Source: Elusimicrobiota bacterium (GTDB taxonomy: Bacteria > Elusimicrobiota > Endomicrobiia > CG1-02-37-114 > JAHJSO01). Taken from it: a stretch of 34,104 nt of DNA. Below the pieces are notes generated by a model. It saw only the letters and a program-made list of their open reading frames with translations, was not told where the DNA came from and did no database searches. Numbering within the stretch: position 1 is the stretch's first letter; each line of letters opens with the position of its first letter. Of this stretch, positions 17,490 through 26,270 are shown in pieces. The position numbers and the translations under genes are program-made. The DNA lies in NCBI GenBank assembly GCA_043826435.1, contig JBDRQF010000050.1, forward strand, positions 1 to 34,104, written 5' to 3'.

Positions 17490-17977
17490 TTTTTGGTTTT
17501 AGTCCCGCTGTTTCTTATGTCCAGGACGGAACTTTTAAATCCCCGCGATGTGTCTGCAGGCGTCTTGAAATTGTTCGGGTCAAGCACCACCTGGCCGTCA
17601 ACCAGGAAATTGTAGTTGTATTGCCCCGGAGACATTTTCAGGGCTATTTCCCACAGATTTTTTTTGGTTTTTGTCAGCGGTTCAGGAGTCCAGTCGTTAA
17701 AATCGCCGATTATGGATACCGAGTTCGCCCTGGAAGACCTGTACTGAAAGAGTATATTCCGGACAGGCAAGTCCTGAGGCGGTGTTTCTTTTGTTTTTGG
17801 AGGGGTATCCGCTCCCCTGGGGGTTGTGTGTAATTGCGATGCATCGCCGCTCGCCACCGGTTGCCCGAGCGATTCAATCCTTTTATGATTATTATACCTG
17901 ATACTGATAAGGGATATCGCGAAAATAACTATGAAGGCGTCAATCAGGAGGATGGGTATTAAACTGTCCTTATTCAT
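17486..17977 (-). CDS. membrane-anchored CBM48/AMPK-like glycogen-binding domain protein
   Basis: N-terminal TM; V.IIGDFNDW, W...L..PG.Y.Y.FLVDG...DPNN. Confidence 0.85.
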   Translation of the reverse strand: MNKDSLIPILLIDAFIVIFAISLISIRYNNHKRIESLGQPVASGDASQLHTTPRGADTPPKTKETPPQDLPVRNILFQYRSSRANSVSIIGDFNDWTPEPLTKTKKNLWEIALKMSPGQYNYNFLVDGQVVLDPNNFKTPADTSRGFKSSVLDIRNSGTKTKK

Positions 17978-18023
17978 GTCTTGGTCTCATAAGCCCTGCT
18001 TTTACAAAAAAGCGGCACAAAAA

Positions 18024-18095
18024 AGCGGGCGACCGGATTTGAACCGGCGACGTCAAGCTTGGGAAGCTTGCATTCTGCCGCTGAATTACACCCGC
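18024..18095 (-). tRNA. tRNA-Gly(CCC)
   Basis: Minus strand GCGGGTG.../CGCCCGC-T, anticodon arm CAAGC-TTCCCAA-GCTTG, GTTCAAATCC. Confidence 0.96.
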
Positions 18096-18226
18096 ATACC
18101 TCTACCACCGTTCATCTGTTCTGAATTGTTGGTGGACTCAAATAAGTTTACTTTTCCCTCAACCCGGGTGCAATATTAGACACCTGGCTGTGTGAATACG
18201 CCTTGAGGTTGCATTCCCGCTCTAAA

Positions 18227-18310
18227 TGGACGGGGTAGGATTTGAACCCACGTAGGACTCAGTCCGCCAGATTTACAGTCTGGTGCGATTGGCCGCTCCG
18301 CCACCCGTCC
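18227..18310 (-). tRNA. tRNA-Tyr(GUA)
   Basis: GGACGGG/CCCGTCC-A, CCAGA-CTGTAAA-TCTGG, long variable arm GGAC-TGA-GTCC. Confidence 0.96.
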
Positions 18311-18334
18311 ACAATAACATCCGTACAACGAACA

Positions 18335-18363
18335 TTTATAGCAAAATTTGAAACAAAAATCAA
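18335..18363 (-). promoter_or_regulatory. putative sigma70 promoter for tRNA-Tyr/tRNA-Gly
   Basis: TTGATT-17 bp-TATAAA with TG extension on the minus strand. Confidence 0.6.
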
Positions 18364-18414
18364 ATTATTCGGCTGCCCGACCGCACGGGCAACGCGCCCG
18401 CCAGCCCGGTTATT

Positions 18415-18948
18415 TTAATGTCTGTTCATCATCAGTAATCTTTTTACTGCTTCGCCAAATTCCAATGCTGCTTCAGGTCCATACCCGGTAATGATTTTAC
18501 CATCCTGCTCAACCGGTTTGCCGGTGTATTTTGCACCTTTGGACTCCATGTGGGAACTCACGGAAGGGAACGCCGTTGCATTTTTACCCTGAATAACCCC
18601 GGCATTTGCAAGAGTGGAGGGAGCAATACATATAGCCGCAAGAATTTTTTTGTGCGAGACAGTGTCTTTTACAATCTTGTGTGCAACCGCGCTGTCCCAG
18701 TATTCACTGGAGCCATGTCCGCCGACAAAAATTACAGCATCATACTCTGATGCTTTCATTTCTGAAATTAAAACATCGGGCTTTACCTTTGCCCCGAGAA
18801 TGCCGGTGCACTGGTCCAGTGTTGATGAGACGGTGACAATCTCGGCGCCTGCCTTTGAGAGGACGTCTTTCGGCTGAAGGTATTCCTCGTCTCTGAAATT
18901 CTTTGATGCAATAATCATTGCAACCTTTTTGCCTTTTAGATCATTCAC
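18415..18948 (-). CDS. DJ-1/PfpI family protein
   Basis: F.DEE, YDAVIFVGGHG, AAICIAP, DGKIITG.GP; GTG start at 18948 overlapping the rmuC end. Confidence 0.9.
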   Translation of the reverse strand: MNDLKGKKVAMIIASKNFRDEEYLQPKDVLSKAGAEIVTVSSTLDQCTGILGAKVKPDVLISEMKASEYDAVIFVGGHGSSEYWDSAVAHKIVKDTVSHKKILAAICIAPSTLANAGVIQGKNATAFPSVSSHMESKGAKYTGKPVEQDGKIITGYGPEAALEFGEAVKRLLMMNRH

Positions 18949-20107
18949 TTTTTTCACCCCCCAGGAGTGGCTTTTCACTATCTCCCTTTTCTCCCGAACT
19001 TATAAGTTTTTCTTCAAACCGAGAAAGTCTCTTGTCGGAATCCTCGTATTTACCCTTTGCGCTCGTAAGGTGTTTTCCCAGTACGTCAAAGTCCTGCCGG
19101 AACCTTGCGAAATCACCTTTAAGACGGTCCAGGTGTTCAAGTATAAGGCGGGCGTTTTTTTCCACCCGCAGCCCATTCAGGCCCAGCACAATCGCCTGCA
19201 GGTATGCATAGAAACTATTGGGTGAAACGGGTATTACCCGCCGTTCAAGGGCGTAAGCCGAGATTCCTTTATCGTCTGTTGTTTCGTCTTTTATAATCAT
19301 CTCGTAATATACGTTTTCGGCGGGGATGTACATCATTGCGAAATCAAACGTGCCCTCGTCGGGCAGGATGTACTTTTGCGAAATTGCATCAATGTGTTTT
19401 TTCACGTCGCCCGCAAATTTTTTCCGCGCAGCCTGTTTCTCGTCGTCCGAGGCAGTGGTTTCTATTATCCGGCGGAAACTCTCCAGCGGGAATTTTGAAT
19501 CAATGGGCACAAGCCCCTGCCCCAGGCGTATTATGGCGTCCACGGTCTCGCCGCTCCTGAATTTATACTGCATGGAGTAGTGTTCCTTCGGCAGTATCTG
19601 TGATAACAGGTCGCCCAGGAATAACTCCCCCAGTAAACCCCTGAGTTTCGGAGCCCTCAGGATTTCCTGCAGGCTGGATATGTCTTTGCCGACCTCAAAT
19701 ACCCGCTGGGTTGCCTGTGAGAGAGAACCCAGCGACCTCTGCACGTCGCTGACCACGCTGGAAGTATTGTCCAGCCGTTCGCCAACTACCCTGGTATTGT
19801 TGTCCAGCCGTTCGCCGACTACCCTTGTATTGTTGTCCAGCCGTTCGCCGATTGTCTTCTGGGAGTCACTCATCTGCTGGTTTATGTCCGACAATTGTTT
19901 GTTGACCAGTTCCATAATGGAGTTAAGGGTTTGCGATACAGACTGCGTGTTTGACTGGAGGCCGTCAGCGAGTTGTTTCCTGATGCCATCAATCTGCTGC
20001 TGCATCAGGGTGAAAGAGGTTTCCTCGCGCGGCCGTGCCGTTTTTGCAAGCAGGAGTATTATTACAACCGTTAGGACGACAAGCAGGAGTATTATTAGTA
20101 TATCCAT
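18941..20107 (-). CDS. rmuC: DNA recombination protein RmuC
   Basis: N-terminal TM, coiled coil, PKLRG..GE, VDAII, PIDSKFP, KYI.P..TFDFA.MYIPAE, VSP; ATG overlaps the upstream stop (TAATG). Confidence 0.92.
   Translation of the reverse strand: MDILIILLLVVLTVVIILLLAKTARPREETSFTLMQQQIDGIRKQLADGLQSNTQSVSQTLNSIMELVNKQLSDINQQMSDSQKTIGERLDNNTRVVGERLDNNTRVVGERLDNTSSVVSDVQRSLGSLSQATQRVFEVGKDISSLQEILRAPKLRGLLGELFLGDLLSQILPKEHYSMQYKFRSGETVDAIIRLGQGLVPIDSKFPLESFRRIIETTASDDEKQAARKKFAGDVKKHIDAISQKYILPDEGTFDFAMMYIPAENVYYEMIIKDETTDDKGISAYALERRVIPVSPNSFYAYLQAIVLGLNGLRVEKNARLILEHLDRLKGDFARFRQDFDVLGKHLTSAKGKYEDSDKRLSRFEEKLISSGEKGDSEKPLLGGEKSE
19767..19849. repeat. 33-bp tandem repeat (~2.5 copies) in rmuC
   Basis: ttgtccagccgttcgcc at 19767, 19800 and 19833; encodes (GERLDNNTRVV)n. 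Confidence 0.9.
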
Positions 20108-21078
20108 TATTTTATGGCGAGTTTTTCCTTTATCCACTCGTCCTGTTGCACCCGCATCCGGTTAAGGAATTCGGTGATCTGCATGCGCTCAATCAGGTTT
20201 ACATGGTCAAATTGAATTCCGTATGTATTTATCCCGCCTTTTAACGTACGCCACTGGATACTGCACGAGGGCATCCATTTTTTATTTTCGTTCCCCGTCA
20301 GGGAGAGCGATAACGTAACCTTTTCGCCGGGTTGTATGTCGTCGTCGACGGAGAGTTTCGCCCCGCTTGTTGACAGGTCGGTTAATTTACCTTTGCCGGT
20401 AATGCCGCTTGTGGTATTAAAATCCACGTCCTTGTTCACGAGTATACGGGTAAATTTCCTCTTTTCTTCGCCGGTGGCTCCGTCAAACACGAATTTTAGT
20501 ATCGGGATTATTATTGTGTTCGGGAACAGCGATACATAAGAGAGTGTTATCAACAACATGGAAACGCCGAAAACGATAATTATTATTCGTAATACGACAA
20601 GGTTCTTTTCGACTCCGGCGTCCGAAACGCCGATCCTTATCATACCCCAGTACTCGTCCATTATGTTCAGCGGGACGGAGATGTCCGTAACCTTTTCCCC
20701 GTTTAACGATGTCCGCCTGGCGAGTACGTCCCTGGAGAGAACGTTCCATCCGGTAACGGGTGCGTCTGAAAGTTTATTGACGATTGCCGCATCCGACTGG
20801 GCGATGACCCTCCCTTCCTCATTGCTGATGGCGACGTATAGGACGCCCGGCGACATAGATATGTCTCTTATAAACATGTTTAACGAGTAGGTGTCTTTTG
20901 AGACGACCGCGCTTGCCACATTGCGCGAGAACGAACCTGCCAGGTTTATAAAATAATTTTCGTGCTGTCCCCGTATGTACCCGGTCAAAAAATTTGACGC
21001 CACAAGAAGTATGCCGGCGCCGCCTGCCAGTAATAGCAAGATTAAGGCGATTGCCGCCGTTTTACTGTAAATTTTCAT
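20107..21078 (-). CDS. two-TM periplasmic sensor (Cache-like) with cytoplasmic PilZ domain
   Basis: TM-periplasmic domain-TM; PilZ motifs RKFTR and DLSTSG. Confidence 0.75.
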   Translation of the reverse strand: MKIYSKTAAIALILLLLAGGAGILLVASNFLTGYIRGQHENYFINLAGSFSRNVASAVVSKDTYSLNMFIRDISMSPGVLYVAISNEEGRVIAQSDAAIVNKLSDAPVTGWNVLSRDVLARRTSLNGEKVTDISVPLNIMDEYWGMIRIGVSDAGVEKNLVVLRIIIIVFGVSMLLITLSYVSLFPNTIIIPILKFVFDGATGEEKRKFTRILVNKDVDFNTTSGITGKGKLTDLSTSGAKLSVDDDIQPGEKVTLSLSLTGNENKKWMPSCSIQWRTLKGGINTYGIQFDHVNLIERMQITEFLNRMRVQQDEWIKEKLAIK

Positions 21079-21081
21079 TCC

Positions 21082-21915
21082 TTATTCCGTTACAGTCTCC
21101 AGAAATTGTATTTGTTGTGCAGCGTACTCCCTGTAGTCGGCGTCCCCGGTATTGTAAATATCATGCCAGAGGGCAAGGGCGCGCTCGTAATTTTGCGTCT
21201 TCTTATATATATTTGCAAGTATGGCTACGACCATCACCGGGCGGCCCGGCTGCTGGACAGCGCTTTCAAGATGGGAGACCATGTCGGCGTACCTGTCAAG
21301 TTTTTTGTAAATTATTGCAAGTTTGAAAAGATGAAGTTGCCAGTAGTCGGGTCGTGTTGAGGGATAATTTTCTATACCTTCCTGGAGCAGGGAAAGCCCT
21401 TCGTCGGGCCTTTCAAGGTTCCATGCCATAGAAGCGGAGCCGTATAGATATACGTAGTGGAAAAAAGGGTCAAGACGGACAACCCGCTGGCAGAATTTCA
21501 GCAGGTCATAATATTTCCCGGCGCCGTAAAGCGATCCGTGCTTGTGGTTATGATGCCCGCTGTCGCCGTGTGCGTGGTTACAGGGGACATGTTTGTGTTC
21601 ATGGTCGCACGCATGCCAGCGTGTCTCCTCCGGCTGTTTTTTTTCACTGTCGCTCAGATCGGCGGAGCCGTAATACTGCAGGACGTGTATCCATGCCATG
21701 TTTGCCGTGAGGCGCCTTACGCCAAGGACAATGCCGGTAATATCAAACAATAAATATTTTTCAACGGGGAGTTTCCTTGCGGGCCCGGAGAGCGCCGTGA
21801 TGTCTGCGTTTGCCTTGCTGTACGGGTAGGTGAATAATCCGTCAAGAATAAAAGAAGAGGTTGCTACTGTAAGCGCAAAAACACACAGTAAAACATGGAC
21901 GATTTTTATTTTCAT
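21082..21915 (-). CDS. membrane-anchored TPR protein with His-rich insert (PilG/XapA-like)
   Basis: A.MAWI..LQYYG, LDPFF..Y, TPR-like helices; follows an ABC pair. Confidence 0.65.
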   Translation of the reverse strand: MKIKIVHVLLCVFALTVATSSFILDGLFTYPYSKANADITALSGPARKLPVEKYLLFDITGIVLGVRRLTANMAWIHVLQYYGSADLSDSEKKQPEETRWHACDHEHKHVPCNHAHGDSGHHNHKHGSLYGAGKYYDLLKFCQRVVRLDPFFHYVYLYGSASMAWNLERPDEGLSLLQEGIENYPSTRPDYWQLHLFKLAIIYKKLDRYADMVSHLESAVQQPGRPVMVVAILANIYKKTQNYERALALWHDIYNTGDADYREYAAQQIQFLETVTE

Positions 21916-21935
21916 TTCAACATTGTGTCAAAGCG

Positions 21936-22700
21936 TCAGACCTCTTTTTTTTCAAACAGGACAGAAGACAGGCACATAAAAACACCTATATACGCAACTG
22001 CATAGACGACAGCCACGGGCATCCATCTGAAAAAGGAAACACCGGTGCTTAAAAAATCCCGCCAGTTAAAATACTGCAGGTTCGGGATGACATAATAAAG
22101 TATTTTAACGGAATATTTAGCGGGTAAAAATTCCATCTTCCCGGTAAGAAAGTTTATCTCGGTGCTGAAGTGCCCCGCTATCCATATAAAAACGCTGAAT
22201 ACAAGAGATGATGCGGTCGACGTGGAAAACACGGAAAAGAATATTGCAACGGCGGATATTATCGCTATTTTGAGTGAAGATGATATTACCGCATACAGGT
22301 AGTCCGGCCCCGGGTGCCACCCCTGCAGTGTGAGCATCAGGAAATGGAACGCATACATAAGGAGCATGCTCGTCCAGACGGACAGCAGTATGCCCGTATA
22401 TCTACCCAGAATGTAGTACCACCTGGGTATCGGTTTTATGAGAATCAGGTATATTGTTTTTGATTCAACCTCTTCCGTGATGGTGGTTACGCTTGTAAAG
22501 ATAGCGATGAGAAGGGCGAAGAACTCAATTGATACGAGCCCGAAGTCAAGGAGTATCCTCATTGGCTGTTCGCCGCCCAGCACGGACAGCAGCATGCTTA
22601 CAAAAACCATAATCAGGGTAAAAATGAAAAGTACGTAATAGACCCTGTTGCGGACGTTCTGCCTGAAGGTATAGTATGAAATTGCAAGTATCCTCTTCAC
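21936..22700 (-). CDS. ABC-2 type permease (PilI/XapC-like)
   Basis: About 6 TM helices, EVESKTIY.IL.KPI.R..YILG.Y.G, PNL..FN. Confidence 0.85.
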   Translation of the reverse strand: MKRILAISYYTFRQNVRNRVYYVLFIFTLIMVFVSMLLSVLGGEQPMRILLDFGLVSIEFFALLIAIFTSVTTITEEVESKTIYLILIKPIPRWYYILGRYTGILLSVWTSMLLMYAFHFLMLTLQGWHPGPDYLYAVISSSLKIAIISAVAIFFSVFSTSTASSLVFSVFIWIAGHFSTEINFLTGKMEFLPAKYSVKILYYVIPNLQYFNWRDFLSTGVSFFRWMPVAVVYAVAYIGVFMCLSSVLFEKKEV

Positions 22701-23461
22701 TTTTTGACCTCGCTTATAAAAATATCCTCAAGGTTTGTCCGTTGCCAGTCGGTTTGTTCAACGACCCGGACAAGCGAACCGCCGTGCAGTATGCCAACCC
22801 TGTCGCACACCCTTTCAACCTCGGATATAAGGTGCGAGGAGAAAAATACGGTCTTACCCCGCTCTTTTAGTTTCTGGACAAGAGTCCTCATTTCCCTTAT
22901 ACCCAGAGGGTCAAGCCCGCTTACAAGTTCGTCAAAGACGAGGAGTGGCGGGTCGTGGACCAAACTCTGGGCTATCGCCAGCCGTTGCATCATTCCCTTT
23001 GAATAGTCGGAAATCCTTTTGTCCATGTACGGCACCATTTCCAGCAGCCCTGCTATTTCCTGTATCCTGCCCGGGATTAGTCCCCTGTCCATGCCGGAAA
23101 GTTTGGAATAAAAAACAAGCAGTTCCTTGCCGGTGAACTTTTTGTGAAAATAGGGCAGTTCAGGCAGGTAGCCGATAAGATGCAGTTTTTTTCTGTCGGG
23201 CATAGGATTGCCGAAGACGGTTATTTTGCCGTCGGTGGGGAACAGTAGCCCGAGTATAAGTTTAATCGTGGTTGTTTTCCCGCTGCCGTTTAAACCCACC
23301 AGCCCGAAAATTTCTCCTGTTTTCACTTCAAGAGAGAGATTTTTTACTCCGGTGGTTGTGTGGAGTCGGCCTAAGTGGCTCCTTCTGTAGATCTTGGTAA
23401 GGGTTTCTATTTTTATGGCGCTTTTTATGGCGATAGAATTTTTTTCCATGATATCCGTCAT
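22697..23461 (-). CDS. ABC transporter ATP-binding protein (PilH/XapB-like)
   Basis: Walker A GLNGSGKTT, YSKGM signature, LVFDE..SGLD, SSH. Confidence 0.93.
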   Translation of the reverse strand: MTDIMEKNSIAIKSAIKIETLTKIYRRSHLGRLHTTTGVKNLSLEVKTGEIFGLVGLNGSGKTTTIKLILGLLFPTDGKITVFGNPMPDRKKLHLIGYLPELPYFHKKFTGKELLVFYSKLSGMDRGLIPGRIQEIAGLLEMVPYMDKRISDYSKGMMQRLAIAQSLVHDPPLLVFDELVSGLDPLGIREMRTLVQKLKERGKTVFFSSHLISEVERVCDRVGILHGGSLVRVVEQTDWQRTNLEDIFISEVKK

Positions 23462-23526
23462 ACAATTCCCGTCACATCTTCACTGCCCGCAGGGTTCTAC
23501 CCGCGCGGGCCACATGCGGTTAGGTT

Positions 23527-25119
23527 TTACAGCACCACGAGTTTCACTTTCGTAACGCCGTCAATCCCTGATATTGTTTTCAGTGTTTCCGTCGTTGGGC
23601 AGGTGTCTATGTTTATTATTGTTATGGCTTCTCCGCCCGATGATTTCCTTCCGACCTGCATGCCTGCAATGTTTATGTCGTTATCTCCCAGGACAGTGCC
23701 TATCCTTCCGATTATGCCAGGCCTGTCCGTGTTTTCAAGGAACAGCATACAGCCCTGCGGGATTATGTCAACGTCCATGTCCTTTATCTCAACTATTCTC
23801 GGCATCCCGTGGTCAAAAATAGTTCCCGAAGCAGATAATTGTTGTTTTTCAGTTATTACTTTTGCAGTCAAGAGCGAAGTATAATTTGCCGTCTGGGTTG
23901 TTTTTATTTCCTGAATTTTTATACCCCTGTCTTTTGCCAGAAACATTGCATTTACAAAGTTCACCTTCATATCCAGCAGTGGAGTTAAGAGTCCTTTCAG
24001 ACAGGCGGATGTCAGGACGCTGGTGTTAAACTGCGAGACATCACCTGCATAAATAATGTCTATCCCCTTCATCCCGCCGTCAATTATCTGCGACAGAAAG
24101 GCGCCGATTTTTTCTGCCATATCAAGATATGGTTTGAGTTTCTTGTATGTCTCCTTGTCCACCGACGGAATGTTTACGGCGTTTCGTATAATCCCCTGCG
24201 TAAAGAAGTCAATTATCATCTCGCTGGATTCACGGGCTACCTTTATCTGGGCTTCTTCCGTTGATGCCCCAAGGTGCGGCGTAAGGACTACATTCTCCAG
24301 TTCAAGAAGCGGCGAGTCCTTTGGCAGTGGTTCTTTTTCAAACACATCAATCGCAGCCCCGCTTACTTTTTTTGATTTGATTGTATCAACCAGTGCTTTC
24401 TCGTCTATAATTCCGCCCCTTGCGCAGTTTATGAGCCGGACGCCTGTTTTCATTTTTGAGATTGTTTCACAGTTTATGAGGTGTCGGGTGGAGTCATTCA
24501 GCGGGGCGTGGACGCTTATGTAGTCCGACCCTTTATAGATGTCTTCCAGCGAGCATATCTCCACATTCAGCGACCTGGCGTGTTCTTCTGAAATAAACGG
24601 GTCGTACGCGAGAACCTTCATCTCAAACGCCTGCGCCCTGCGGGCAACCTCTTTGCCGATTCTGCCAAGCCCGATCAATCCCAGAACCTTTCCCTGAAGT
24701 TCTGTGCCGACAAATTTTTCCTTTTTCCACTCACCTGCCTTCATAGAGATATATGCGGGGGGGATATTCCGTGAAAGAGCCAGCAACATAGCGATTGTGT
24801 GTTCTGCGGCAGAGATTGTGTTTCCACCCGGCACATTCATGACCACCACGCCTTTCTGTGTAGCAGAGAGAGTGTCAATATTGTCAACGCCTGTCCCCGC
24901 CCTCACAACGAGTTTCAGGTTTTTACCCGAACCCAGAATATCGTTCGTAACCTTTACTTCCGAGCGGATTAACAAACCATCATATTCAGGAATAATCTCT
25001 GCAAGTTTTTCCTGGGTTGGCTTCGGGACAATGTCAACCTTAAAATCGCCATGGGTCAACAATTTATCCAGCCCTTCTGTATTTGAATACGTCATTAAAA
25101 TTTTATACATTTTTGTCAT
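23527..25119 (-). CDS. serA: D-3-phosphoglycerate dehydrogenase (long type with ASB+ACT domains)
   Basis: RAGTGVDNID, GLGRIG, NCARGG, DVFEKEP, TPHLGAST, DRPG.IG. Confidence 0.95.
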   Translation of the reverse strand: MTKMYKILMTYSNTEGLDKLLTHGDFKVDIVPKPTQEKLAEIIPEYDGLLIRSEVKVTNDILGSGKNLKLVVRAGTGVDNIDTLSATQKGVVVMNVPGGNTISAAEHTIAMLLALSRNIPPAYISMKAGEWKKEKFVGTELQGKVLGLIGLGRIGKEVARRAQAFEMKVLAYDPFISEEHARSLNVEICSLEDIYKGSDYISVHAPLNDSTRHLINCETISKMKTGVRLINCARGGIIDEKALVDTIKSKKVSGAAIDVFEKEPLPKDSPLLELENVVLTPHLGASTEEAQIKVARESSEMIIDFFTQGIIRNAVNIPSVDKETYKKLKPYLDMAEKIGAFLSQIIDGGMKGIDIIYAGDVSQFNTSVLTSACLKGLLTPLLDMKVNFVNAMFLAKDRGIKIQEIKTTQTANYTSLLTAKVITEKQQLSASGTIFDHGMPRIVEIKDMDVDIIPQGCMLFLENTDRPGIIGRIGTVLGDNDINIAGMQVGRKSSGGEAITIINIDTCPTTETLKTISGIDGVTKVKLVVL

Positions 25120-26257
25120 GTTCACCAAGAATTTTTTCAGCGACTCCGACCGCCCTGCCCGGTTCTACTTTGTGTCCCAGTCGTCCGAGTACTATTTCAA
25201 GTCCTGCAAAGCCAACAATCAGGTCAAACATATCAATATAACCCATGTGGGCTAACCGTATAATTTTACCTTTAAGTTTTTCCTGGCCGCCCGCTATTGA
25301 TATTCCGAATTCCTGCCGCAGGGTTTTTACGATTTTACCGCCTTCAATACCATCAGGCACCACTGCACTCGTGAGAACATCGCAGGCACATTTCTCATCT
25401 GCAAAAAGTTTAAGATTCAGTGATTTTAATGCAGCCCGTGTTACCGTGGCGAGTTTGTGTGTTCTTGCAAATATTTTTTCAAGTCCCTCTTCTTTTATCA
25501 TTCTGAGTGATTCTGCCAGAGATACCACAAGGGTAACAGCAGGGGTGAAAGGGGTTTGCTTTTCGGAAACAGATTTTTTCATCCGTCTATAATCCCAGTA
25601 AAACCTCGGGCATTTTGCCGTTTCCACATATTTCCATGCCTTTGGACTTATGCAGACGAAGGCAAGACCCGGGGCGCACATAAAACCTTTCTGTGAGCCG
25701 GAGACCACAACATCCAACTTCCAGTCATCGGTATAAAGCGTCTGTGCCCCAAGCCCGCTTATAGCGTCTATAACCAGAACCGCTTCCGTTTTATCCACTA
25801 TTTCCCCGATTGTCTTCAGGTCATTTACGACCCCGGTTGATGTCTCCGTGTGTGTTGTGAAGACCGCCTTTATTTTCGGATTTGACCTTAATGTTTCTTC
25901 AATCTTCTGCGGTTCAACGCTTCTGCCCCACTCGGAGTCCAGTTTAATAACCTGGACACCGAAGGCATCACAAATTTTCGCCCACCTGTCGCCGAATACA
26001 CCGGAAGAGGCGACAATAACCTCGTCCCCCGGTGAAAGTAGATTCGCCACGGTGGATTCCATCGCCCCCGTCCCGGAAGAGGTCATAAGCAGGGTCTCGT
26101 TTTTCGTCTGAAAAACATACTTCAAGCCGTTGATTACCTCAACAAATACCTGCCCGAACTCGTCTGTCCTGTGATGAAGTATCGGCAGGGATTCCTTTTG
26201 TGCAACCTGCGGTGGTATTGGTGTCGGTCCGGGTGTTAATAAAAAATACTTTTTCAT
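25103..26257 (-). CDS. class V PLP aminotransferase (serine-glyoxylate/phosphoserine aminotransferase-like)
   Basis: TPGPT, SSGTGAME, HTETSTG, DAIS, SGSQKG, RLAHMG; adjacent to serA. Confidence 0.9.
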   Translation of the reverse strand: MKKYFLLTPGPTPIPPQVAQKESLPILHHRTDEFGQVFVEVINGLKYVFQTKNETLLMTSSGTGAMESTVANLLSPGDEVIVASSGVFGDRWAKICDAFGVQVIKLDSEWGRSVEPQKIEETLRSNPKIKAVFTTHTETSTGVVNDLKTIGEIVDKTEAVLVIDAISGLGAQTLYTDDWKLDVVVSGSQKGFMCAPGLAFVCISPKAWKYVETAKCPRFYWDYRRMKKSVSEKQTPFTPAVTLVVSLAESLRMIKEEGLEKIFARTHKLATVTRAALKSLNLKLFADEKCACDVLTSAVVPDGIEGGKIVKTLRQEFGISIAGGQEKLKGKIIRLAHMGYIDMFDLIVGFAGLEIVLGRLGHKVEPGRAVGVAEKILGEHDKNV

Positions 26258-26270
26258 TTTGAGAGGCCTC

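Noticed and set aside
17931..18179. 82-aa ORF (also 11105-11326)
   Set aside because: 17931-18179 runs antisense across tRNA-Gly; 11105-11326 runs antisense across the tRNA-Glu 3' end and cutA.
23486..23510. Intrinsic terminator after serA (also the hairpin at 18375-18390)
   Set aside because: GC hairpins are present but lack a convincing U-tract on the minus strand.
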